63,880 nucleotides of DNA, filler included, from Olpidium bornovanus S191 (GCA_017911155.1; 25 parts of 25 records of this genome joined end to end with filler, not necessarily neighbours in it); one strand, 5' to 3'. Numbered from the whole stretch's first letter, positions 47,598 through 60,249 are shown. Translations and numbers: made by a program. The notes: generated from the sequence alone by a model not told the origin.

Positions 47598-47717
47598 ATG
47601 TCATCTTTCTTCGAGCGGATCGACGCGGTACTGGCGCAGCAGAAAATGCCGCCCGAGTACGACGACCACGTATCTGAGATCCTATGCAATGACTGCGAGC
47701 GGAGCTCGAGAGCCAAA
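47598..47717 (+). CDS. RCHY1: Pirh2/RCHY1 C-terminal zinc-ribbon fragment (probably chimerically joined)
   Basis: MSSFFERIDAVLAQQKMPPEYDDHVSEILCNDCERSSRAK matches the RCHY1 pattern M..Y...LD..+AQ.PMP.EY.....ILCNDC. Confidence 0.82.
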
Positions 47718-47817
47718 NNNNNNNNNNNNNNNNNNNNNNNNNNNNNNNNNNNNNNNNNNNNTTAATTAATTAANNNNNNNNNNNNNNNNNNNNNNNNNNN
47801 NNNNNNNNNNNNNNNNN

Positions 47818-47965
47818 GAAGTATGGGGGGATAAACTCGCGTCGTCCCTCCCCGAGAACACGGACTGGGTCTACCAGTGCGCCGCATCTGTCCGCGACTT
47901 TAACAGGCGTTTGCTGGAATCTCGCGCAACCCAGCATGGCGGTGTGCTGTCGAATCACCAGACGG
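47818..47965 (+). CDS. Unidentified coding fragment, weakly Rsc7/Swp82-like
   Basis: Open frame ENTDWVYQCAASVRDFNRRLLESR loosely recalls the Rsc7/Swp82 C-terminal helix. This is recalled similarity only. Confidence 0.25.
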
Positions 47966-49701
47966 TGAGAGCCGAAGGCGCTGACAAGGAGGACGGACTT
48001 GACGGCTTCTGGGACGCTCTTGCGAACCGCGAGGCGATACCGCGCCCCGTGACCACGGGTGCCAACATTTTGAGAGCCATCCTGGGAGAGCGGCTGCCGC
48101 AAGAGGAGAAAGTGGCTGGTCGTTCTGCCTCAAACGTCGGGGATGCGCTTTTCTATCGTGTTCGTGCAACGCAGCCTGTGCCCTCGATGAATGTTCAATT
48201 TAACTTTTGCAAATACGGGTAAGCGGTTGCAACGTGCCGCTGAATTTTTTTTTTGGTTTGTGGAGAATTACCGGCATCGAGTATAAGTTGACCAAGCGCA
48301 CATTTGCACAACCAGGCAATCTGGCCAGGGCTCTGTGATCCCTATTGCCGGTGGACGTCGGCCTTCGTTCCCTTCATCATTCGAGGTAAGCCGCCTTCTC
48401 TCTGGTTCATTCTCGTCCGTCGCAACGCGCAGTGTGGATAACGAAAGCTCGCCTCGATGTCTGCAGGTCGCGAGACCGGCGCTGCCGGACGCACTCCGTT
48501 GTAATTTCCCAAACCGTTTCCAGATGCCGTGCCAACGGACGGTCTCGTACGACGGCGAACGGTGCCTGTATCATAGAGACAAGGACTTGGGCCACAGGCC
48601 TGTGACGCCCAGCGAGGTTGGGAGCGACAATAAAGCGAAGGAACCGCTTGGGGAATCGTGACCGGCGGCAACAACTGCCCTCAAAGTCGTTTTCTGTTCT
48701 GGCAATATTACACAAAAGAACACGGCCGGACGCGCAGGCTCTTTTTCTTCTTTTCTTGTTGCTCCGCGCTCTCTGCTTTTTCGAGTGCTGAAAAACGTGC
48801 GCCCTCCCCCCGTCCCGCCCCCCTCACCCCCAAAACCTCTGCCCCCGTGGTCTGGAGAGTGCAATTGCTCGACCTCAGAAAAACCAGTGCTTGGTTTACC
48901 GAACGTTAGAAAGCGGCCAGAAACGTCCCCAAGGGGAAGAGGGGGTGGTCGAGGGGAGGATAATCCACTGACGCGGCGGATGTTGCGATTGTGATAAGGT
49001 CACAAGCGGTTGAGTTGTTCATAACGCGGAACGACAAGCTTGTTCGCGCGGATCCCGCCTGAGCCTTTTTTTTGATACGGTGGCGCTAATACTGGCGGAT
49101 TGCTCAAAAAATATTCTGAGTGGCGCAGCATGGTGGAAATTTGCCAGTTTTATGCTTTGTTGCCACCACGTTGGCACAAACTATATGCACCAGTTCTAAG
49201 CCTTGGTCTGGATCTTGGTCTGGATCTTGGTCACGTACTGGTCACAGTTAGACACACTGTGTGTCAGCATGATGACGTCGCGTGATCAGCACGGCGGCAA
49301 CCAGAGCGGCCACTTTCCTTGCCACAGTCATGGAATCATTAATCACGAGACAGGTGCTGCGGACACAATTGGTATGATTTCTTCTTGGCACGAGAGGGAC
49401 TGCTTGGCGCAGCCATGGTGTCGCGTTATGTATCGCTGCAGCGCACTGTTTGCGGCCGCTAATCTTGGCTCTTGGCAAAGCATGACGTCATATGATTCAC
49501 TGCTTGGGCTCCCTGGGGTTTTGGCGGCTGGCAGGGAGGGGTTTAACGCCGCAGCCGTGACAGTAAATCTTCTCATTATCCAGGGAATAAGAAAAACAAA
49601 ANNNNNNNNNNNNNNNNNNNNNNNNNNNNNNNNNNNNNNNNNNNNTTAATTAATTAANNNNNNNNNNNNNNNNNNNNNNNNNNNNNNNNNNNNNNNNNNN
49701 N

Positions 49702-50559
49702 GCGCCGGCGTTCGTCAAAATCGAAAATCCGGAAACAAGGGTTTGCGGCAACAGGTCGAAAAAATTCGAAACGGCCCGCGCTTTCGGCCCCCCGGCCGTC
49801 CCCTCGCCGCACCTCGTTCATGAAAATGACGGACGCGGCGACCGCGAAGGGCAGTGTGTGCGTCGGATCTGCCGCCGTCAAATCCTGGATCCAGAACACG
49901 CTCTGGTCAGCCAGCTGCGGCACAGGCAAGTTGATGATCTCGCGGACCGCCCAGATCCCGGAGAGGCTGCAGGCGCTTTCGATTATGGGGGCGGCGGCGA
50001 GCCACAGATTGCTGATATTGTGCACGGCGAACATCTGCTGGACGGCGGCCGCCGCCTGGTTCTGCTTCCCGGCGTGCTTGTCGATGCCGGCCTGCCGCAG
50101 CTTCTGCGTCAACGGCGCAATGACAGGCATCACGTGGGCGTAACGCTCCGAGCTCTGTATCGCCGGCTTCAGGGCCGGGAGGATGGCGAGCTTGTAGGCC
50201 GCCAGCGACAGCGGGATCACGGCCCAGAACGGCAGGCCGGTCGCGCAGGCGATCCACTCGATCAGGTTCTGGATGTGGCCCACCGGCGTCCAACAGCTGG
50301 CCAGGCCCATGTCCGCCAGGTCGCCGACCGCCAGCGGCGGCAGCGGCGCGTCCGCCGCCGCCGACGCGGCGGCTTCCGCGGCCCGCCCCGCGGTTTCAGC
50401 GCTCGCCTCCGCCGGGCCGACGGCCGCCGGGGCGAGCGCGGCCGCGCCGCGCGGCAGCGGCGACGCGGAAAACGCGCGGGCCGGCGACGGGCCGCCCCCG
50501 AACCGGGGCCGGCGGTGCCCGGCGGCGGCGGGGTGGAGGCCGGGCGCGCATCCCCGCAA
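49702..50559 (-). CDS. OXA1: Oxa1/YidC-family mitochondrial inner-membrane insertase, partial
   Basis: LADMGLASCWTPVGHIQNLIEWIACATGLPFWAVI...VFWIQDLTAADPTHTLPF is the Oxa1 signature. Cox18 is not fully excluded. Confidence 0.85.
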
Positions 50560-50801
50560 CAGGCGATCCGTCCCGCTCCGCGCGAGCGCGCTCCGCGCGG
50601 TCCCTGTCGCTGGGTGGCGGCGGCGGCGGCGGGGAGGGGGGAAGGTTCGTCACCCGCGGGGTCACCCCGCCGGTTCCGCAAACAGACCGAACGTCAGTTC
50701 TCGGCCGGGTTGCTGGCGTCGCCGGGGGCGGGTAGACGTGAAGCCCGAACAAACGCGACCACAGGAGCGCGGAGAATTCCCCCCTCACCGGCCGCACCCC
50801 C

Positions 50802-50850
<49 letters not shown>

Positions 50851-51354
50851 ACCACCCGCCCCCNNNNNNNNNNNNNNNNNNNNNNNNNNNNNNNNNNNNN
50901 NNNNNNNTTAATTAATTAANNNNNNNNNNNNNNNNNNNNNNNNNNNNNNNNNNNNNNNNNNNNAGGCCCCCCCCCCTTCCCCCCCCCCACCCCCCCTTCC
51001 CCCCCCCCTCCCCCCCGCTCTCCCCTCTTGAATTCTGCGTTCGAAAGGAGCTCGCGACGTGCGCTAATGCACAACTTCGCGATGGCCTCTCGCCGGTAAA
51101 ACTTTCTGACAAGGGCCTCGAAATCCACACTGCCGCGAACGGGAGTGATGATTGCGTCAAACGACTGAATTACGAATTCATAACGTACTGCTATACCGTC
51201 GACGAATTTGTGTACAAAGTCTGTCTTATTCGTCTGTCGGATGATTGTTTCCTTAGTCTTAGCGAAAAGCAGAAATAGTCTAGTCTAGACCCTCACCCGC
51301 CCACTCCGTCATTCCCCGCCCCCCTTCCCGCACTGGCGTCGGGAGAAAGGAGGT

Positions 51355-51400
<46 letters not shown>

Positions 51401-52506
51401 CGGTGGACTAAGGAGGTCGCTCTCGCGGTCTCGCCCAAGACACGCCTTCCCTCTTCCGAGTATATGATCTCCCGAGTTTTTTTTTTGTGGCCAAAAAGTT
51501 ACTTTTCCCCGACGGCAAAAGCCGTCAAAAAAAAAAAATTTACGGCAAAAAACAACCTCTGCACACACAATTCCAGTAAAAAACAAACTTGACGATCCAA
51601 CGGTATGCGCAACCAGACAACGGCGGTCGAAATTGTTTCATGTTGTGCCAGATGCGCGCCCGTGTGAAGGGGGTGGTCGACGTTGGTGGCCGTTTGCCCG
51701 AGCGTTCGCGTCCCCCCCCCCCTAAACATCACATTAGTGATTAGAGGCTTGGATCACATTGGTGATTATAGAATCCTGACGGCTGGATCCAGCGCTAACC
51801 GGAGCACGCACGCAATTGAGGGTGGTAGTTTGGCGTAGCTTTTTGCTGCATCGTACCCATTGTCAATTGAGGCAGTCTATTTTGGATTACCTTAAAACTT
51901 TGAGAGATTTCGCACCTCCTCTGAGCTGGAAAAGATGGTTCACCTGCCCGGGAGGCAGAGTCCCTTTGTGTGTTGGTTCAGCAGAAGTACGGGTGGACGT
52001 GGCGTGACAAACCTTGCGTTGAGAAGGGTACGGCATGGGACTGCGTCGTGAAGTTCTCTTTGTTTCTTTGTGTTGGCGCGTGGGGGCTGTGGTACCCAAG
52101 GTGTTACGTTTTTTGTTTTTTTTTTTTTTTTTCTTCTGGCCTGGATGGGGTAGCCCAGTGGGGTCGCCCAGTAGATAGCCCAGTCCCCCATCGCCGTATG
52201 TGTGGTGATAGCAATTCGATCACTCGGGTTTGACACAGGTGATAACCCACATCACCCACACCACGTATCCCGGGTGATACGGCCATCACAAAGCAGGTGA
52301 TACGAGAAGCCGTCTCTCTAATGGTTTGACACCCCCTAATGCCTCGACATAGATTCCCGTGGGGAACAAAGGCTTATTGTTTACAAAGGCTGGTGCTCAC
52401 CCGTTCCGCGTACGTTCGGGCAATCGGCCAGTGGCCCTCACGTTTTCCGAATCTGTACCTTAAAAAGTAGCGAACACGAAAAACAAAACTGACAAAAGCA
52501 AAAGAA

Positions 52507-52572
52507 GCGCGCTCCGACTTGAACCGGGTCACGGCCATTACGATAAATTGACCACCGGGATTTTATGCGCAC
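52507..52572 (-). pseudogene. Possible degenerate tRNA (Thr-CGU-like) relic
   Basis: The minus strand has GTGCGCA...TGGTCAA...TCGTAATGG...GGTTCAAGTC...GCGCGC plus a T-tract, but the anticodon and T stems are broken. Confidence 0.3.
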
Positions 52573-53013
52573 CTTCCAGCATGGCCGATGCCTCGGTGAC
52601 AAGGCCTATGGCTGTCCCTGTCACAGGCTGTCCCTCTCCGACCCGAGGAGACCTCCTTTCTGAGTTTCATTCTGTATGCGACGCGTGTATGCATGCATGC
52701 AAATGGTTATCGTGATGACAATGCGTGGATTGAACATGTTGCTGGTGTAAAAAAAAAAAAAAAAAAAAACACCGGCATCCGTGTCCTACACCGGCATCTT
52801 GCTCAAATGAAATGAATGCACTGGCCGGGTGACCGGGTGAGAACCGACCGAGACCGACTACTGACCGCCGACCGCCCCACTCCCAGAAAGTTAAGAGAAA
52901 AAAAAAATCTGCGGAAACAAAGGCCCCCCCTCCTCCCCCTCTCCCTCTCCCCGCCTCGCGAGACAGCCGCCGAAGAGGATCTCCTGCTCCCAGGGCTAAA
53001 AACCACTCCCGCG

Positions 53014-55718
53014 ATGGAGATCGCCGCCGCAGCCCCCGAGATGGCCGCCGCCGCTCGCGGGCGCGCGGGCTCGGCTTCCTCCGCGACGGCTAAGTCCGCG
53101 GCGGCGGCTCCGCCTGCCCCGCTCGTCCAGACAGACGGAAACGCCGACGCCGCGGCGCACATCGCCGCCCTGCACCGGCGGATTGCCGAGCTCGAGAAGA
53201 CCATGCAGGTGAGAGAGTCCCTTTTTGTCGGCCGAGGAGAGAAGGAGAAAAAAATAAAAAAAAGAAGTAAAATTCTTTTTCTTTTTTTTGCGGGAACGAA
53301 GCGAAATTCGGCCGCGGGAACGGGCCGGAACCGGTGCCTCCGCTCCCCCTTCCTCCCCTGGCCCACGTCCCCCGCCCAAGCCCCGGCGTTTTTGCGGCCT
53401 GTTTTACAGCAGAGGTTTTTTTGTCCGCGGGTCATCCCAAGAGACCTTTCGAAATTGTTTAACGTGCGCGTTGCCTTCCGCCGTGGACCGCGTGCGTCTG
53501 GGGGTTTGCCCCGCGGAGGACGGCGAAGGGTGCGAGCCAGGCACGGGCCGCGCGGAAGACGTCCGCGGTTGACGGGCTGCGGATGAAATGCAACCGCCTG
53601 GAATACGCAGCCAAGGAAGCGGTGATCCTCCTGTCGAATGCGCTGGAGAATAACGCACGGCAGCGGTTTCCGCATCCAAACCCGGTTCCCGCGGCGGCCG
53701 ACGGCGAGTGGGCCGAGAGCGTGCGGTTCAGCCTTCGCTTCCTGGAGCAGGCGTTAGCAGCTACCCGGCACATTAGTCCCGCCGGCCACGTGAGGCCGGC
53801 CGCCGTGACCACCGGCTGCGCCGCCGGGCTCGCGCCCAAGGCGGGGGGGGGACCGACCACAGGGAGGAAGAACAGCGAAATCAAGTCCCCGTTCGAGCGT
53901 CTCGTGCTACCGAGGCTGTCGGAACTAGGAGCCGGCGGAACGAATCCGCCGTCCCCGACCGCTGCTACCCCTACCGTCAAGTACGCCTGGGCGATTTCAC
54001 CAACCGCGACGACGTTCGCTTCCCTACCCTGGATCGAAGGGCCCCAAACTAGCGGCGCGCGCTTTCCGCAGGAACACCATCCTTCTCCGTTTTTGACAAC
54101 GAAGGCTTCGGAGCGTTTCCTTCCGCGATGTCCCGAAAACAACGTCTCGGTAATCGACGGCGGGTCGTCGCCGGCAGCATCCGGCGTGACGACAGAACCC
54201 GTCCAGGCGCCCGAACAACCCGTTGCCGTTGGCTCTCCGGAAACCAAGCCAGATCGAACGAAAGAAGACCTCCGAGTCCGGACACGAACTTTGCAGCGTG
54301 CATCGAGCAGCCCCCTCCATATCGCGAAGCTGACCTCCACGAAATGCCCCAATTGCCTTGATCTGTATGTGCAAATTGACAGATTGCAGGACGGCCAGTC
54401 GGATATGAAACGGGATATCGACACGTTGCGGCAGCATCTCGTCGAGGAGCAGCACGTCCGGGCGCAGGTGACTGTGGCGAAAGAGCTCTTGGAGAGGGAA
54501 ATGGAGGACCTTACTGCCAGCTTGTTTGAACAGGCGAACGCAATGGTAATGGAGGAAGCCGAGCTTCGGGAATTGGCGGAGAGGAGGTGTGCGGGGCTGG
54601 ACGCTCGACTGCAAGAGACGGAATCCGCTTTGGCAAAAACGGAAAGGGAGCTTCGGCACGTTAACCGGGCACGAATGGAAAAGGCATCTGCCAGCAATAT
54701 GCTATCCGCGTGCAGCACAAGTCTTCCAAATATCACAATGCCAATCGAACAGCGGACGTCAATTCATTTGTCGCAGCCGGCGATCGGCTCCGCCGGCAAC
54801 GGCGGCACTCCCGTGCCGGCGAACTTTCCGACGTTTCCGGCACAAGACCCTGAGGATCGCGAGTCTGCCGTATACGTGGACGGCGTCGCGTTCAGCGAAT
54901 TTCAAGAGCACGTAAAAGACGTTGCGAAGGCCAAGGACGCGACGGTCGCGGCGCTGTCGACCCAATTTGTCAGGCGCGTCATGTCCGAAGACGTCGACGC
55001 TTGTCTCTTCCAGAACGCGGGGGCGTGGAAAACGACGGCGGCCAGAGAGAGGCTCTTTTCCGCGCTCGCCCGGAGTGCCGTCGAAATCCGGCATTGGTCG
55101 TCCAAGTCGGCGGATTCCCGGGCGTCGGCCTCCGACGTTTCGCGGGCGAACGGCAGCGTGAGCTCCCTGTCGAAGGCCCCGGAACACAGCCAACTCCTCG
55201 CCGCAGTCGCCGCCGCCGGTCAGCCGATGTTCAAGCCGCTGCTCCCGCACGTCAAGTGTTCCGCCTGCGGGATACCGCGGGACTGCGAGTACCAAGTCCG
55301 GGTGCTCGACCCCTCGGACGAGCCGGCGGCCGGCCGGGGCGCGGAACCGCCGCCGCCGCCGCCGCCTCGCGCCGCGACCGGAGGCGCCCCCGGCAGTGGC
55401 CACGTCCGCTCCGCCGCCGCCGCCGCCGTCACCGCGGGGGCCGAGCTTTCGTCCTGGCAGCCGCTGGACCGCTTCTGCAAGGACCGCGTGGCGGCGGTGT
55501 GCGATTTCTACATCTACCTGTCCCACCTCCGCGGAGCCATGCGCGACGGGAGCACGCCGGTCCTCGACCTGTTCCGCCAGGCGATCTGGCACCGGCGGAG
55601 GATGTCTCTCGCCCGCGTCGGAGGGATGGCCGCGCCCGACGGCGCCGCACCCGAAGACGGGGTGTCTCCTTTGCCGGCGGCGAACCCGCGGGGGGTCAAA
55701 ATCACGACCGTGCGATGA
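53014..55718 (+). CDS. SEC2: Sec2/Rabin8-family Rab GEF
   Basis: Exons 53014-53208 and 53541-55718 join in phase 0. LEREMEDLTASLFEQANAMV (Sec2p GEF coiled coil) and C-terminal FCKDRVAAVCDFYIYLSHL...RRRMSLARVG. Confidence 0.88.
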
Positions 55719-57228
55719 GTTTTTTTTTTTATGTTTTAATTTTATTTTATTTATTTTTTTTTTGTCATTATTGTTATTGTTATTGTTATTTTAGAAGCCC
55801 GGTCGGCTTTATCCCGGGTACCGCAAGTGTCCGGACGGAATGGTTTTCCGGGGGGCCGGGGCGGAATTGCCCGCGCGCGCGGCGCGTTTCGCCCCGCGCA
55901 CAGGGAGGCGGCGTCGATACTGCGACGCTTTATGAAGGCGATCCGCGGCCAAAAAAAGAAAAAAGAAAAAAGAAAAAAGAAGAAAAAAAAAAAAAAAAAA
56001 CCGTCGAGCGCCTCACGACCCCTTCTAGTCCCACGGACGGCCTTTTTGCGGGCCGCAAGCGTACCATTTTTTTTACGTGGTGACCGCCGGCGTTCTTTAT
56101 TTGTTTTTTGTTTTTTGCTTGCTGCGGCCGCCAATCTCTGGGAGTCGAAGGAATATCTTTTCTTTTTTCCGGCCGCCGGCGCACTATAAAAAAAAACCCC
56201 CCAAATTCCTCCGCAAGAGGCCTATACAAAGGGAAGGGTTTGGGGTGGGGGTGAAATACAGGTCACCGAATCCACGGAGTTTGGTGCAAGGGGTCGCTTA
56301 AGGGCTGGCATTGAAATATTCTCCGGCTCACGGGTATCCTCAGCTTGCACATTCCTCTTGCACAGCCTGAGGAGGGAGTCCCCCGCCAAACACGACGCGC
56401 ATGATCCGACCGTGCGACGCTGGGGCTTATCGTTTTTTGTAACCACACTACCGCCGTCAACTAAACCGTCTGTTTTCTGCAGCACATTGAAGACAACCTT
56501 GCGGACCAACAGAAAATTCGACGCCCTAAGCACCAGGCAGGACGGCAGTCCCGGTCTGGATGTTCGAGTTCGCTAATTTTGTGAAGCACCGGAAGGATCC
56601 GTTCGGCTGGGTATCAACCAGTGAGGGACATCGTTGAAGAGCTTGAGCGTGAAGTCGCTCAGGATCCTGGAATCCCAGATTTAGCAGCTTCACTGCCGCA
56701 GTCCGATGGATATCAGCCGTTTGTTGAATTGCACAGAGGAGCAGGTTGTTTTTTACACGCCCATCGCTGAGGACATCATTGAGGATGAGGGAGTGAGATA
56801 GCCGGGTCCGAGGCAGGGAGGAATACTGGTGATGACGGCGAGGAGCTCCAAATTATCGCTGCTGCAGGATCCTCCACAGTGATCGAGAGGGTCTGGTTCA
56901 GCAGGACAATGGCGGTTTATTCGCTGCAGCCATGCAGCCGAATGTGCGCAACCGTGCGAAAAATCAGGAGGATCCGTGATCATGCCAGCACAGGACCTAG
57001 CAAACTGGATCCAAGAGGGGAAGTTGGGAACCACTTTGCTTCCCCTCTTCTTAGCCTGGACTGCTTCCTTCTTTTCTCTTTCTTTTTTTTTTTTTTCTCT
57101 TCCTCCGTTTCCGTGGCCACCAGGAGGTCCCGCGCCTCTTTTTCTTGGGCCTCCCGCACCTCCTTCGTCCTGGACTGCAGTCTGAGATGATCTTTTTTGT
57201 CCCTGTCCGTTTGTTGTAAGATGTGGAG

Positions 57229-57460
57229 AAAAAAGATAATGCTCCCGTCGCAAAAAAGATGATGCTCCCATTGCAAAAAGGAAGATTCTCGCGTTGCAAA
57301 AAAGAAGGCGTGCCCTTGCAAAAAAAAAAGATGAGCCCTTCTCAAAAAGAAGAAGATGAGCCCGCTTCAAAAAAGAAGATGCTAGAATCGCAAAAACAGA
57401 AGATGCCTGCATTGCAAAAAAAAAGATGCGCTAGTCGCAAAAAAAGACGATGAGGGCATG
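57229..57460. repeat. ~23-bp A-tract minisatellite, 10 units
   Basis: A-tracts start at 57229, 57252, 57275, 57298, 57320, 57344, 57369, 57392, 57416 and 57439. Consensus AAAAAAGAAGATG-N7-9-GC. Confidence 0.88.
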
Positions 57461-57560
57461 NNNNNNNNNNNNNNNNNNNNNNNNNNNNNNNNNNNNNNNN
57501 NNNNTTAATTAATTAANNNNNNNNNNNNNNNNNNNNNNNNNNNNNNNNNNNNNNNNNNNN

Positions 57561-59039
57561 CATGAACCAGGGGAGCGAGGACAGCGTGGCGAACGCGCTG
57601 CCGACTAAAACAAGAGGAACGCTCCACACGATCCGGCTGAATGCGCGCTAAGATTTTGGAGAAAAGAACCAGCGTCAGGAGATGTGTCCTAACTGGAGTC
57701 CTGCGCGCAGATCGTGGAGGGCGGCAGATGAACATGACGTAACGGCGTACCTCTGAAAACACCGACCCTTTTCCTCCTAGTGCGTTCTCGCAATCGGCAG
57801 CGGCGATCGCCGCTTCGAACACGGCAGTGGTGTTGAGCTCCACAGCAAGGTCCTGGGGTCTCTTCCCGTTCTGATCTCGAAGCTCACGGTCTGCGCCCGC
57901 GAGAAGTACGATCTTTATGCACTCGCGATTGGCCTGGGCGACGGCCCAGTGGAGGCAGGAGAACCCGCTGTTGTCTACGAAGTTCACGTTCGCGCCCAGC
58001 CGCACTAGCAGTGAGCAGCTGACGCTGTCGCCCTGGTATGCGGCCCACATGAGTGGAGTGTGGCCCAGGGCGTCGCGCGAGTCAACATCCATGCCGACCT
58101 TGACAAGGTACAGGACCAGCATTGCACTCGTGGAGTGCACGGCGAGGTGCAAGGCATTGTACCCTTGTGAATCGCGCAAATTCGGGTTCGCCCCTGCTTT
58201 AATGAGTAGGGTTGCCGTCTGAATTTGGCCATTGCGACATGCCCAATGAAGCGGCGTTGCCATCAGCTGGCCACCGAAGGAATCAACCTCGGCGCCCGCG
58301 TTCAGAAGGAACTGACAAAACGGGTGTCGGTCATTGATCGCCGCCTAGATTTGAGTGGAAGTTGGAGTTCAGTAACCCTGGGGTCGAAAACGCCCAACGT
58401 TAATATTATTTACCCAACTGAAGGGCAGGCAAGCGTACCCAATGCAGGGGGGTCACATTCTGGTAGTCACGGTCATGCACAGTGGCCTTACCGCTGTCAA
58501 GCAACTCCTTTGCTGCCGCGATATTTCCGTGCATTGCCAGCTGATGAATCGAGACGCCTGGACATCCAGACGTCCGAGTGAGATAACCGCAACAAGCGCG
58601 CGAGATGGCAAACTCCAGTTTGCCACATACCGCCCTCGGCGCCGGGCGTCGCCGCGTCCGCGGTCGGGTTTTCGCCGAGCGAGTCGCGGGTTCCGTCCAC
58701 GTGATCACCGCGGCGATTCGCCGTTGGCGAAGGCACCATTGATTCCGCGACGACGTGGGTGGTCCCCGCGGCTTTCGCCGACGCGGGGAACGGGTGCGCA
58801 GACGTCGCGGCGCGCGCTGCGCGAAGAACCTGCTGGCCGTTATCCCTCCTTCGCGCCGCAGACGACAACTCTACCGACTGGGCTGCTTCCGCCACCCGGT
58901 GCTGAGTGTTTGGCGGCAATGATGGTGACCGGACGGGGCTGCGCGCAGGGCGAGGGCTTCCGGAGGAGTTCCCTGGCACGTCGGCGCCGGCGGACTGCGC
59001 TGTCCCGCGGGCGGAGTCCCCGGCGGCGGACGCGGCCAT
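57561..59039 (-). CDS. AKR1: Akr1-type palmitoyltransferase, ankyrin-repeat N-terminus, 3'-partial
   Basis: SIHQLAMHGN...DRDYQNVTPLHW-AAIN...GGQLMATPLHWAC...DSQGYNALHLAVHS...MDVDSRDALGHTPLMWAAYQG is the Akr1/ZDHHC17 ankyrin series. The DHHC domain is not in the contig. Confidence 0.87.
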
Positions 59040-60217
59040 TTTTTTCCTGGAAGGCGTGCGGCGCTCTCTTTCTCTATCTCTCTCTCTCTATCTCCACGCT
59101 GCGAAGCACCGTCCTCCTTCCGCTAGGCTCTGCGCAGCCGCCGGCGTCCGTCAGGGCAGGGCACGTGCGAGGCGACGGCCAGCGGTGTGAGGTGACGGTT
59201 TCCCCTCGGGTCTCGAGTGCTTCGACGCGATGCCGCCGCCACCGCCCAGCCCCCGCTCTTCCCTCACCCTCTCTTGCCCCGCGCCCCCTTTCGGTATCAC
59301 GCGCTTCACACGGTCCAATCACGGAACCCTGCAACCCGGGCCCGTCTCCCACGGCGGGCCACATATGCCGGCGCCTTCGCGGGGCGCCCGGGGCGCGACG
59401 TTCCAACTCTTCCCGCATACTCCGACTCTTCTATGATATATTCCACGTCACAGCGCATGNNNNNNNNNNNNNNNNNNNNNNNNNNNNNNNNNNNNNNNNN
59501 NNNTTAATTAATTAANNNNNNNNNNNNNNNNNNNNNNNNNNNNNNNNNNNNNNNNNNNNCTCTCCTGTCCTCTCTCCTCTCCTCTCGGGGGATGCCGCCG
59601 GCCCGCGGTTCGGACTTCTTTCGTGCCACGACTGGGTGGACGGAAGCGAAGGAAGAACGGAAATGGAAAACGAGGACATGATTGATAGGTGCCGGGCTTT
59701 ACCAACCACGTGACCAGGACGTGTCCGCCGCACGCGGCGGCGTGGGCGCCGGGTGTAACACGCGCCTCTTGACGACGACGGTATCTGGTCGGAAGAAACG
59801 CCCGTTTTTCTCTCCGGGTATTTTTGTTCATTTTTTTTTTTTTTTGCTTTGATTATAGCTAATAACATTATTTAGGGATATTGCCATGATTTATACCACA
59901 TGATTCTGAGCATTTTTATTTTTCCCGACCTGCCCCGCGGAGGCGTCTAGGCGTCCGCCAGTCGCGTGAACCGCAGTGGCAGACAGCGGCCGGGCGGGAT
60001 CGCGAGGAGGCCCGGGCGTCGACCGGCGGCGGCGGTCGCGATCGACGAGCCTGCTGCCGCACGTCCCCGACCGATGGGGGGGGGGAGAAAGGTCCAAACG
60101 CGGTAGATTTGCGGCGATACCGCCGCCACATTCGGCCATTCTCGCGGCAAACGCCACGATCTCCGGCCGCCCTGCATTCTGTGCCCCTCACCCATATCCC
60201 CCCCCCCCCCCCCTCCG

Positions 60218-60249
<32 letters not shown>

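Noticed and set aside
46740-47765. Genuine Hsp110-zinc-ribbon fusion protein as in the ORF track
   Set aside because: It reads through a consensus splice donor and switches family at a CATG, the motif that terminates many contigs. Treated as a probable chimera.
48520-48661. Cys/His peptide PCQRTVSYDGERCLYH
   Set aside because: Too short, with no supported gene structure.
52130-52340. PPT-LTR boundary (AGGGGG-TGTCAAACC on the minus strand)
   Set aside because: Suggestive, but there is no second LTR, TSD or clear pol remnant to support it.
57229-57460. Possible mini-CRISPR (constant head plus variable core)
   Set aside because: Variable parts are only 7-9 nt and mutually similar, and the heads are low-complexity A-tracts.
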